Below are positions 18,810 through 28,085 of a stretch of DNA of 48,758 nucleotides, one piece after another. The DNA lies in NCBI GenBank assembly GCA_964607595.1, contig CAZSLT010000001.1, positions 1-48,758 on the forward strand, in the 5' to 3' direction. The first letter of the stretch is position 1. Every line of letters begins with the position of its first letter. The notes beneath the pieces are model-generated. The model saw only the letters and a list, made by a program, of their open reading frames with translations, searched no databases and was not told the DNA's origin. The translations under genes were made by a program, and so were the position numbers. This DNA is from an uncultured Phycisphaeraceae bacterium. GTDB taxonomy: Bacteria; Planctomycetota; Phycisphaerae; Phycisphaerales; UBA1924.

Positions 18810-19744
18810 CGCAGCACCCCCCGTCGGCGCAGATAGTCGAGCAGCAGCGTCTCGATCGGCGTGTCGGATTGCATCGTCAGCAAAACCATCTCGCGCCGCG
18901 CGCAGAAATCGCGCAGCCCGTCGCAGTACGCCGTCAGGTTCGCCTTGTACCGCTTGAGCAACGGCGCGCTGATCGTCACCTCGGTGATGTCGGCGTCCTC
19001 GACATCGCGCAGCCGCAGATCGCCGCCCAGCGGCGGATCGACCTCCTGCGGGCTGAGCACCTGGATCAGCACGATGTCGTACCCGCGGCCCACGAGGTAC
19101 CGCAGCCCCTGCTCGTACCCCTCCTTGAAGAAGAAATCGGAGATCACCACCATCACGCCCTTGCCCTGACGCGCCAGCGCGATCCGCTTGGCCGCGGCAT
19201 CGAACCGCATCTTGCCCACCGGGTCGAGCGAGGTCAGGAACCGCCCCACCTCGCTGACGCGCCGGCGACCCCGCAGATTGCGGATCGTCGGGATCGCCGC
19301 GGGGTCGGCCGCCTCGGAGTCGTCGCCCGCCAGCGCCGTGACCGCGACGCGGTTCATGTTGACCAGCCCGATATAGGACAGCGCGGCCGCGGCCTTCTGC
19401 GCGAACAGGAACTTCTCCGGTTCCCCCGTGCCCATCGACTCGCTGGCGTCCAGCACGATGTGCAGCGACAGGTCCTCCTCCTCCATGAAGAGCTTGAGAA
19501 AGAGCCGGTCGAGCCGCCCGAAGATGTTCCAGTCGATCCGGCGGAGGTCATCGCCGACGACATACTGGCGGTGGTCGGCGAACTCGACCGACTGGCCGCG
19601 CCGCTTGGATCGGCGCTCGCCCTTGACCTTGCCCTGGAACACCTTCTTGGAGGTGATGTCGAGCTGGTTGAGCTTGGCGACGAGCGGGCCGTCGAGCAGT
19701 TCGTCCAGCGAGCGGGGCCGGGTTGGGGAGGAGGTGCGTAGCAT
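18806..19744 (-). CDS. DUF58 family protein (MoxR-associated)
   Basis: RRGQSVEFADHRQYVVGDDLRRIDWN signature of DUF58, followed by a degenerate VWA-like IVLDASESM. Confidence 0.85.
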   Translation of the reverse strand: MLRTSSPTRPRSLDELLDGPLVAKLNQLDITSKKVFQGKVKGERRSKRRGQSVEFADHRQYVVGDDLRRIDWNIFGRLDRLFLKLFMEEEDLSLHIVLDASESMGTGEPEKFLFAQKAAAALSYIGLVNMNRVAVTALAGDDSEAADPAAIPTIRNLRGRRRVSEVGRFLTSLDPVGKMRFDAAAKRIALARQGKGVMVVISDFFFKEGYEQGLRYLVGRGYDIVLIQVLSPQEVDPPLGGDLRLRDVEDADITEVTISAPLLKRYKANLTAYCDGLRDFCARREMVLLTMQSDTPIETLLLDYLRRRGVLR

Positions 19745-20301
19745 TCACTTCACGCGAACCAGATAGATATCGTCATCGCCACTATTTTTGATCGCATCAT
19801 CAACAAACGCCGCAACAACCTCCGCGCGTCGTTGAGGAGGCACGGGTTCTTCAGCGGGAAAACCAAAGTGATCCGCGAAGTAGTCCAATCGCCATGCTGG
19901 TGAGAAATACATCAATGCGAAAGCCAACCTGAGTCGATCGTCGGACACCTCAGCGACCCCGTATGCGAGTGTGTGAACAGGGTCCTCATCTTCCTGCGAG
20001 GGAAAATCAAACTCGATGTAAGTCCTCTCAGACCAATCAAACGCGACCGCTCTTGAAGTCCTGACAGCGTCATCGAAGGTCATCGACACCTCGTACTTCC
20101 CATGTCCCAAACGGCGAAATGTCATGGGAAGGTCCCGGGTGCCGTAGCTCGGATGCTGCGGATCGGGCTCCCATACTCCTGCCAGGCCCGGGATATCGAC
20201 TGCTACGACATCGGGGATGCCGCCCGGCGTCGTGATGGTCTTGGCGCATCCCGCCATTGCGATTGCTAACACGACAAATAAGAAAGTGGTGATGGCTTTA
20301 C

Positions 20302-20305
<4 letters not shown>
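19745..20305 (-). CDS. Small lipoprotein, unknown family (186 aa), compositionally atypical
   Basis: MSKAITTFLFVVLAIAMAGC is a signal peptide with a lipobox-like AMAGC. Its ATG overlaps the moxR stop (ATGA), and its stop directly abuts the DUF58 ATG. My hand count gives about 55% G+C. Confidence 0.7.
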
Positions 20306-21342
<1,037 letters not shown>

Positions 21343-21373
21343 TTCAACAACTCCATTCGCCGCTCGGGGCGAC

Positions 21374-24300
21374 TCAGTTCTTCTTGTCCTCGTCCTTCAT
21401 CTGGTCCTGCGCCCGCTTCTTGGCCGCCAGCAGGCGGGACATCCCGCCCTCTTCATCGCCTTTGCCCTTTTCGCCGGGCCGCTGCATTTCCGCGTCCTTT
21501 TGACGCCTATCGACGATCGGCGCCGGAGCGTCCGTGACATTCCGCGCGGGCTTCTTGAGATACTCCGCGCCCGCCTCGAACTTCCGGGCCGTGTCCACCG
21601 ACCAGGCGCCGGGATCGTCTTTGACACGCACCTCGCCCGACGCGGCACGCTCGGCGAGCTTCTGCTTCGTGGACTGCCGGGCCGCGCGCAGCGCATCGAC
21701 CTGCGTCGCGCCGGACTGCTTCTTGCGGAACAGCCCCCGAGCCCACGCCAGGATCGCCGGGATGTCGATCCGCACGCGCCGGACCGCCACATCCACGAGG
21801 AACAGCCCCAGCGACGCCAGCGCCACCGCCAGCCAGATCGACCGCAGCGAGACGGGCATCTTGAGCCCCTCGCGCGAGAACAGGTCGGCATCCTCCGGCT
21901 CGAATGGCAGGACGCGCCCGCCCGTCAGGTCCGCGACCTGCTGCAGCAGCGCCCGGTTGTCTTCCAGAGCGCGGTACTCATCGGGGTACGGCCTCAGCAC
22001 CGCCGCCTGCACCGACCCGCGGTCGGGCTCCGCCTCGGCGCCGCCGACGCCCGGCGCGTCGTAGTGCAGCGTGACGATGTGCGTGCCGGGCTTGCCCGAG
22101 TCGAAGTCGCCCTCGTAGCGGCCGGGCGCCGTCTGCGTCAGCTCGATCGCCTGCGCTTCAAGGTTGGGGTCCACGGCCGTGCCGCGGAACATCGCGAAGT
22201 TCATCGGGTCGCCGGCGCTGTCGAGCGCGGTGACGATCACATGCGTCGTGTCTCCCCGGGTCTCGGTGGCGACGCTGAGGTTCGCGGCCCCGGCGGGCCG
22301 CATCGCCCATCGGATGTGCTGCTCCCAGAACTGCTTGTACTGACCCCACCCCGTCCACGCCGGGCTCCATCGTGCCGCCGCGTCGGAAGTGAACGCCACG
22401 GCGCGCCCCAGCCCGTGCTGCCACTGCGCGACGAGCGGGTCATCGGTCGCCGTGCGGGCCGTCGTGAGCGCCAGCCCCTCACGGTCGGCAGTGACGACAT
22501 ACCCCCGCATCGCCGGGAGCGTCGCGCCGATCCCCTGCATCGGCTCGGCGGCGCCGTTGGTCACCTTGGGATTGAAGGGCTCGCCCTCCCAGATGAGCGA
22601 CCGCTTCACGGTCTGGGCTTCCTTGATGAAGATCTCGGGAAGCGCGGCCAGCCCGTTGCCGCTCTGGCTGTAGATGAGGTAGTCGCGCCCGCCGGTCGCG
22701 TTGGCCAGGGCCTTCATCTTGGCGACATCATTCGCGCCGCCGTGCGGATCCACGCAGATCGTCGTCACGGTGATCTTCGACGCGACATACTTCTGGACCA
22801 GCGCCGTCGCGGGGGCGCTGGCGTCGCCGTCGGTGATCAGGATGAGGTGCTTCTGCCCGGCCTTGGCGCCCTGAAGCCCGGTGAGGGCCATCTGCATCGG
22901 CGCGTCGTAGTCGGGCATGTCCCCGAACTGCATGTTGTTGATCGCCGCGTTGGCCGCGCCCCCGTCGCCCTTCTCCTGCATCGGGTACACCCAGCGGATC
23001 CCGTTGCCGCCCGCGGACCACGAATACTCAAGAACACCGACTTCGTCTCGGCTGGACAACGCGCCGACCGCGGCCCTGGCCGTCTGCTTGCCCAGGAAGA
23101 CGCCGTTGGGGATCTCGATCGAGTGCATGATGAGCGCCAGCGCGCCTTTGGGGATATTCCGCTTCTCCGGCGGCTCCAGCAGCAGCGGCAGCACCTCCGC
23201 CACCGGCGAGCCGATCCAGCCGCCGGCGCCGAACGAGTCCGGCCCGCCGATCATCACCAGCCCGCCGCCGGCGTCGCGCACATACGCCGCCAGCTCCTTC
23301 TGCTGCGCGAAATCGAACGAGTACGCCGGGGCGTCCATGAGCACGACGGCGTCGTACTCCTGGAGCTCGGTGAGCGAACGCGGCGCCTCGACCGTCCGCC
23401 GAAGGTCCACCGCGATGCGCGCCGAGTCCAGCGCCTCGGACAGCGGCTGCGCCGCCGCCGGATCGTCCGACAGCAGCAGCACACGCCCCTCGGCGGCGAC
23501 AAAGGTCACGCCGGCCGCGGCGTTGTTCTCGGCGATCGTGTCCGTCGACGCGTCGAGCGGCGTGAAAAACGCCCGGAACTCCTGCGCGCCGGCCCGCGTC
23601 ACCGTCACCGGCACCAGCAGCGTGTTCGGCCCCTTCTCCAGCTTGTACACCTGCCCGTAGGTCGTGGGATCGTCCGGCGAGAGGTCCACCGGCCGGTCGC
23701 CCATCACCAGCGACACCTCACCGACCGTCTCCTCCTTGGCCGTGATCGACATACGGACATTGATCGTCTGGCCCTTGCGCGCTGTCGCCGGCGCGTAGAG
23801 CCCGTCGAAGATCACCTCGTTGTCGTACTTGTAATCCACGAGCAGCACATCGATCGGCACACCCGCCGCGGCCGCGGCCCGCGCCGCCGACAGCAGACTC
23901 CCCTGCGTCTCGTTCCCGTCGCTCACCAGCGTCACGCGCCCGGCCGCGTCGTCGGGAATCATCGTCATCGCCAGCCGCACGCCCGCGGCCAGGTCGGTCG
24001 CCGACTCCAGCCCGATCATCGCGCTGCCGCCCTCGAGCTTGGCGCGGACATCCGCCGGGCTCGCCGGCACCGGCTCCGGGAGCGACTGCGTCAGCGCATC
24101 GGCGGCGGTCGTCACCGCCCCGAGCCGATCCGATGTCCTGGCCCCCTCCATCGCCTCGGCCACATAGCCGTGCAGCCAGTCATGCACGCCCAACGGGATC
24201 GAACGGCTCTTGTCGATCACCATGATCGAAGCGACATCCTTCGACACCAGCCGCCACTGCGGTTCGGCCAGTGCGCCGATGAGCGCCGCCAGCACGATCA

Positions 24301-24442
24301 GCCGGACGGCCAGCGCCACCCGGCGCGTCACCGTTCCCATGCCTGTCAGGGACTTGCGCCCCCACCAGACCGTCAGCGCGAAGGTCACCGGGATGAGCAG
24401 GAGCCAGATCGGCGCATCGAACTGAACAGGCCCGATGATCAT
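21374..24442 (-). CDS. Large membrane-anchored protein with two VWA domains and a double-TM N-terminus (1022 aa)
   Basis: N-terminal double TM (PIWLLLIPVTFALTVWW; VALAVRLIVLAALIGAL). First VWA MIDAS IMVIDKSRSI. Second VWA-like HLILITDGDAS. C-terminal TM helix plus a Lys/Asp/Glu-rich tail. Its ATG overlaps the stop of the permease-NHL gene. Confidence 0.75.
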   Translation of the reverse strand: MIIGPVQFDAPIWLLLIPVTFALTVWWGRKSLTGMGTVTRRVALAVRLIVLAALIGALAEPQWRLVSKDVASIMVIDKSRSIPLGVHDWLHGYVAEAMEGARTSDRLGAVTTAADALTQSLPEPVPASPADVRAKLEGGSAMIGLESATDLAAGVRLAMTMIPDDAAGRVTLVSDGNETQGSLLSAARAAAAAGVPIDVLLVDYKYDNEVIFDGLYAPATARKGQTINVRMSITAKEETVGEVSLVMGDRPVDLSPDDPTTYGQVYKLEKGPNTLLVPVTVTRAGAQEFRAFFTPLDASTDTIAENNAAAGVTFVAAEGRVLLLSDDPAAAQPLSEALDSARIAVDLRRTVEAPRSLTELQEYDAVVLMDAPAYSFDFAQQKELAAYVRDAGGGLVMIGGPDSFGAGGWIGSPVAEVLPLLLEPPEKRNIPKGALALIMHSIEIPNGVFLGKQTARAAVGALSSRDEVGVLEYSWSAGGNGIRWVYPMQEKGDGGAANAAINNMQFGDMPDYDAPMQMALTGLQGAKAGQKHLILITDGDASAPATALVQKYVASKITVTTICVDPHGGANDVAKMKALANATGGRDYLIYSQSGNGLAALPEIFIKEAQTVKRSLIWEGEPFNPKVTNGAAEPMQGIGATLPAMRGYVVTADREGLALTTARTATDDPLVAQWQHGLGRAVAFTSDAAARWSPAWTGWGQYKQFWEQHIRWAMRPAGAANLSVATETRGDTTHVIVTALDSAGDPMNFAMFRGTAVDPNLEAQAIELTQTAPGRYEGDFDSGKPGTHIVTLHYDAPGVGGAEAEPDRGSVQAAVLRPYPDEYRALEDNRALLQQVADLTGGRVLPFEPEDADLFSREGLKMPVSLRSIWLAVALASLGLFLVDVAVRRVRIDIPAILAWARGLFRKKQSGATQVDALRAARQSTKQKLAERAASGEVRVKDDPGAWSVDTARKFEAGAEYLKKPARNVTDAPAPIVDRRQKDAEMQRPGEKGKGDEEGGMSRLLAAKKRAQDQMKDEDKKN

Positions 24443-27027
24443 CGCGACGCCACCCCCGGCGCGGCACGCTCCGGGCGGAACCGCATCACCCGGTTGTTGC
24501 CCGAGTCGAGGACGAAAACATCACGCCCCGCCGTCGCGACGCCCCACGGCGCCACCAGCTGGCCCTCGCCCCGCCCCGGCGTGCCGTACAGGCCCAGCCC
24601 GCGACCGGTCTCGGGGTCGATGATCTGGACGCGGCATCCGCCGAACTCCGCGACCGCGAGCGTGCCGTCCCGACGCATCGACAGGCCGTAGGGATACCGG
24701 AACTCGCCCGCGCCCTCCCCCGGCGCGCCGCCCTCGGCGCCGATCCACGCGATCAACTCACCGTCGAGCGTGAACCGGCCGAGCCGATGATCGATCGAGT
24801 CCGCGACGATGAGCTCGCGCCGCGCGGGGTCGTACACGATGGATTGCGGCCGGTTGAGGACGATCTGGCCGTCTGCCGCCCGGTCGCGCGGTGCGCCGAA
24901 GGAGAAGAGGTACGAACCTTCGGCGTCGAACGCGCTCACGCGGTCGTTGCCGCCGTACTCGCTGATGTAGAAGCGTTCGGGCGTGACACCATCGGACGCG
25001 GGAACGATCGCGACATCCGTCGGATAAATAAACTGCCCCGGGCCCTCTCCCAGTTCGCCGAAGGTGCGCACGAGCTCGCCGGTGTCGCCGGTCGGGCGAT
25101 AGACCGCCACGCGGTGCATGTGCGTATCGGCGATGTAGATCAGCCCGTCGGGCCCGATGGTCAGCCCGACGGGGAATCCCTTCTCGATGCTCGGGAGTTT
25201 CCACCGCGCGATGGTCACGCCGTCGAGCGTGCTCCCGGTGACCCACCCGGATTTGTCGGCGATCCAGAGGTGCTCGCCGTCGCTGTCGATGGCGCGCGGG
25301 TAGATCAGCGTCGGCTCGTCCCCGATCTCGCCGATGTTCGGCCCGCTCACGCCGCCGAACACAGCGATGGGCCGGATGGGCTCGGCCAGCGACGGGTCGC
25401 GCCCGCACGCCGCGAGCAGCAGGGCGGTGATCGCGGGCATCGTGGCCGGTGCCATGCGACGCAGCGCCTCGAATGTCCGTGATGAGCAAGCCCCGGCGAT
25501 CACGCCCAGCAGGATACCTGAGCCGAGCATGATCAGCCCCGCGGCGGAGAGCTCATCATCCCGCAGATAATGCAGTTTGCCCAGCAGCGACTCGGCGAGA
25601 TTGCCCGGCCCCGGCGGGGCGACGATGACCGTCGCCTCGATCTCATGAAGACTCAGCGCAAAGAGCCCGATCGGAGCCGCCGCCAGCAACCCCGCCTGCA
25701 GCCGCCCCGCCGACCTCCACCACGCCGACAGGCCGACCGTCGAGACCATCCGGCGCGCATCGGCGAGTTCCCGCGGCTCAACGGCGTGGGCGACCAACCC
25801 CAAGATCGCGGCCACGCCACCGAATCGCGACAGATGCGCCGCGACGGTCAACGCGCGTCCCTCGGCCAGCGCCGGGTGGATCTCCCTCGCCGCCGCCGCC
25901 AGCGCACCTCCCAAGAGCACGCCGGGAAGGAAGAGCATGGCGATCCACAGGTGCGCGCTCATCGCGGTCAGGAGGCGCACCAGTCGCGTCCGCGCCCCGA
26001 GGCCGACCGCGGTGCCCATCGCGATGACCATGGCGCCGACGGCGACAATCGCGGCGGTCACGACGCTGTGAACGAGCGGCTCTCCCATCACCGCCGGCAG
26101 CGTCCCAACGGCGAGCCAGGTCCCCCGTTGCATCGCGAACGCCCCGGCCGGAACGATCACCGCCGCCGCCCAGACCACCCACGCCAAGACCACGCCTCCC
26201 CGGAGCCGCGAGTCATCACGATCGACGCCGGGGGAGGCCAGATCGCGGCAAGTGCGCGCCAGTCGCCCCGACATCCAGACGCCCATCAGCAACGCCACCA
26301 GCACCATCGGCGCCGCCGACGCCCACACCGGCGCGGACCACCCCGACTCGACCAGCCGCCGCCAGATGACGACCGTGAAGGTCTCGACGCGAGCGAGATG
26401 CAGCGGGATGGCGCTGCCGAGCATGATGGTTGATACGACGCCGACACTCGTCAGGATCGCCGGCCTGAGCATCGCAAGAACGGCACACCATCGCCGAAAC
26501 GCCCCGGCACGGGTTTGCCGCATCGCATCGAGCGACTCGCGGTCGAGGCGCCGTGCCGAAGCCCCGATGATGACCACGCCGATTGGAAACGACCAAAGCG
26601 CAAGCCCGCCAACGGCTTGCGCATGCCCGACCCATTGCCACGCCCACGCCGGGCTGCCCTCCAGCAGCGCGCCCAGGCGCGTCCCCGGCTCGCGCCACAG
26701 ACCCCACGCCGCGTAGACAAGATATTGCGGCACGAGCAGCGGGGCCGCCATCAGAATGAGCCAACGGGTGCCGAGCCGACGAGACGCCCACGCCCCCGGC
26801 AGCGCCAGGATCGTCGCCAAGACACCGATGGAAAGCGCGACGAGGAGTGTCCGTGCCAGCACTCCCGCGGCGTCGAGGGCCTGAGCGCCCGTGAAGCCAA
26901 CGGCCCCGCCGCGTGTCGACACCACTACCCCGAGAGTCAGACTCAGGGCGAGCACCGCCGCCCCTGCGATGGAAGGGATCGAGATCGCCGCGACCGGGAT
27001 GAAGGTGACGCGGTGATCGTTGTTCAT
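24439..27027 (-). CDS. Two-domain ABC importer permease (FbpB/ThiP-like) fused in frame to a six-bladed NHL-repeat beta-propeller
   Basis: aa 1-520: about 12 TM helices with two EAA-like loops (LDRESLDAMRQTRAGAFRRW..., PRELADARRMVSTVGLSAWW...). aa 525-541: MAPATMPAITALLLAAC, which looks like a lipoprotein signal. aa 550-862: six NHL-like blades (for example FRYPYGLSMRRDGTLAVAEFGGCRVQI, LVAPWGVATAGRDVFVLDSGNNRVMRF). Confidence 0.75.
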   Translation of the reverse strand: MNNDHRVTFIPVAAISIPSIAGAAVLALSLTLGVVVSTRGGAVGFTGAQALDAAGVLARTLLVALSIGVLATILALPGAWASRRLGTRWLILMAAPLLVPQYLVYAAWGLWREPGTRLGALLEGSPAWAWQWVGHAQAVGGLALWSFPIGVVIIGASARRLDRESLDAMRQTRAGAFRRWCAVLAMLRPAILTSVGVVSTIMLGSAIPLHLARVETFTVVIWRRLVESGWSAPVWASAAPMVLVALLMGVWMSGRLARTCRDLASPGVDRDDSRLRGGVVLAWVVWAAAVIVPAGAFAMQRGTWLAVGTLPAVMGEPLVHSVVTAAIVAVGAMVIAMGTAVGLGARTRLVRLLTAMSAHLWIAMLFLPGVLLGGALAAAAREIHPALAEGRALTVAAHLSRFGGVAAILGLVAHAVEPRELADARRMVSTVGLSAWWRSAGRLQAGLLAAAPIGLFALSLHEIEATVIVAPPGPGNLAESLLGKLHYLRDDELSAAGLIMLGSGILLGVIAGACSSRTFEALRRMAPATMPAITALLLAACGRDPSLAEPIRPIAVFGGVSGPNIGEIGDEPTLIYPRAIDSDGEHLWIADKSGWVTGSTLDGVTIARWKLPSIEKGFPVGLTIGPDGLIYIADTHMHRVAVYRPTGDTGELVRTFGELGEGPGQFIYPTDVAIVPASDGVTPERFYISEYGGNDRVSAFDAEGSYLFSFGAPRDRAADGQIVLNRPQSIVYDPARRELIVADSIDHRLGRFTLDGELIAWIGAEGGAPGEGAGEFRYPYGLSMRRDGTLAVAEFGGCRVQIIDPETGRGLGLYGTPGRGEGQLVAPWGVATAGRDVFVLDSGNNRVMRFRPERAAPGVASR

Positions 27028-28058
27028 TCGCCGATCGACTCGCGGCAGAGTTTCATCGCCTCGTCCATCGACGCGACAACCTCGGCGAAGTCGATGTCGA
27101 TCGGGTCCGGCGGCTCATAGGACGCGAAGGGCTCACGAAGCGCCGGTCGCAGCGGGAAGTTGTGCGAGTCGCTCTCGGCCAGCGCACGCTCGACGCGTTC
27201 GGAAAGCAGGTACTCGATCAGCGTCGCGGCAGCGCCCGGGTTCGGGCCGGCGTGGACCCGCGCCACGGTCGTCGGGATGGTCAGCACGCCGAGCGATGCA
27301 CCGCCCGGCGTGTCATGACGGATATAGACAAGGTCGATCGGCCAGTCGTGGCGCTGCCCGGCCCAGACATCGTCGGTGTCGGTGAGCCCGATGTCCGCCT
27401 CGCCCGTCGCGACAGCGCGGACCACGGCGGAATTGCCGTCGAGAAGGCGCACGCCGTTCGCCTTGATCCCCGCGAGCCATCGCTCCGCTTCCTCGGCCCC
27501 CCAGAGCGCGACGAGCGCCGCCATGTGGCCGCGTGTCGTGCCGAACGATGGACGGGCCATGACGACCCGCCCCTTCCACCGCGGATCGATCAGGTCGTGC
27601 ATTGTCGTTGGCGCGCTGGCTGGCTCGACCCGATTGGAGTTGTAGACAAGGACACGGGCGCGGACCGCCATCGGGTACCACACCGAGCCGGCCGGGCGTG
27701 GCCAGTCGCGCAGCGAATCGATCGACGCATCGTCGAGCACGCCCTCCTGCGCCAGCAACTCGGTCATGAAGGGCTCGCCCGACCAGTACACATCAGCGAT
27801 GGGGTTGTCCCGCTCAAGGCGGAGCCGCTGGACCAGCCCGGTGGTTTTCGTCGCCTCGGTGTCGGTGCGGGTCTCGACCCGGACGCCGGTCTCCCGCTCG
27901 AACTCTTCGATGATCGGTCGGGCGTAGACATCATCAACGGTGTAGTACAGAACCACCGTCGGTGCGTCGGCGTCGCCCCGGCGGCACGAACTCAGGCAGG
28001 CACAGGCCGACCACAATGAAAGAACGATCAGGACCCGCGTGGCGAGCGTGTTCATCAT
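27024..28058 (-). CDS. Periplasmic substrate-binding lipoprotein, Fe(3+)/thiamine (FbpA/ThiB-like) family
   Basis: Signal plus lipobox MMNTLATRVLIVLSLWSACAC. VVLYYTVDDVYARPIIEEFERETGVRVE...NPIADVYWSGEP is typical of family-1 iron(III)-type binding proteins. Its stop overlaps the permease start (ATGA). Confidence 0.75.
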   Translation of the reverse strand: MMNTLATRVLIVLSLWSACACLSSCRRGDADAPTVVLYYTVDDVYARPIIEEFERETGVRVETRTDTEATKTTGLVQRLRLERDNPIADVYWSGEPFMTELLAQEGVLDDASIDSLRDWPRPAGSVWYPMAVRARVLVYNSNRVEPASAPTTMHDLIDPRWKGRVVMARPSFGTTRGHMAALVALWGAEEAERWLAGIKANGVRLLDGNSAVVRAVATGEADIGLTDTDDVWAGQRHDWPIDLVYIRHDTPGGASLGVLTIPTTVARVHAGPNPGAAATLIEYLLSERVERALAESDSHNFPLRPALREPFASYEPPDPIDIDFAEVVASMDEAMKLCRESIGE

Positions 28059-28085
28059 CTTCTGGGCGGCTCGGTATCGGGGTGT

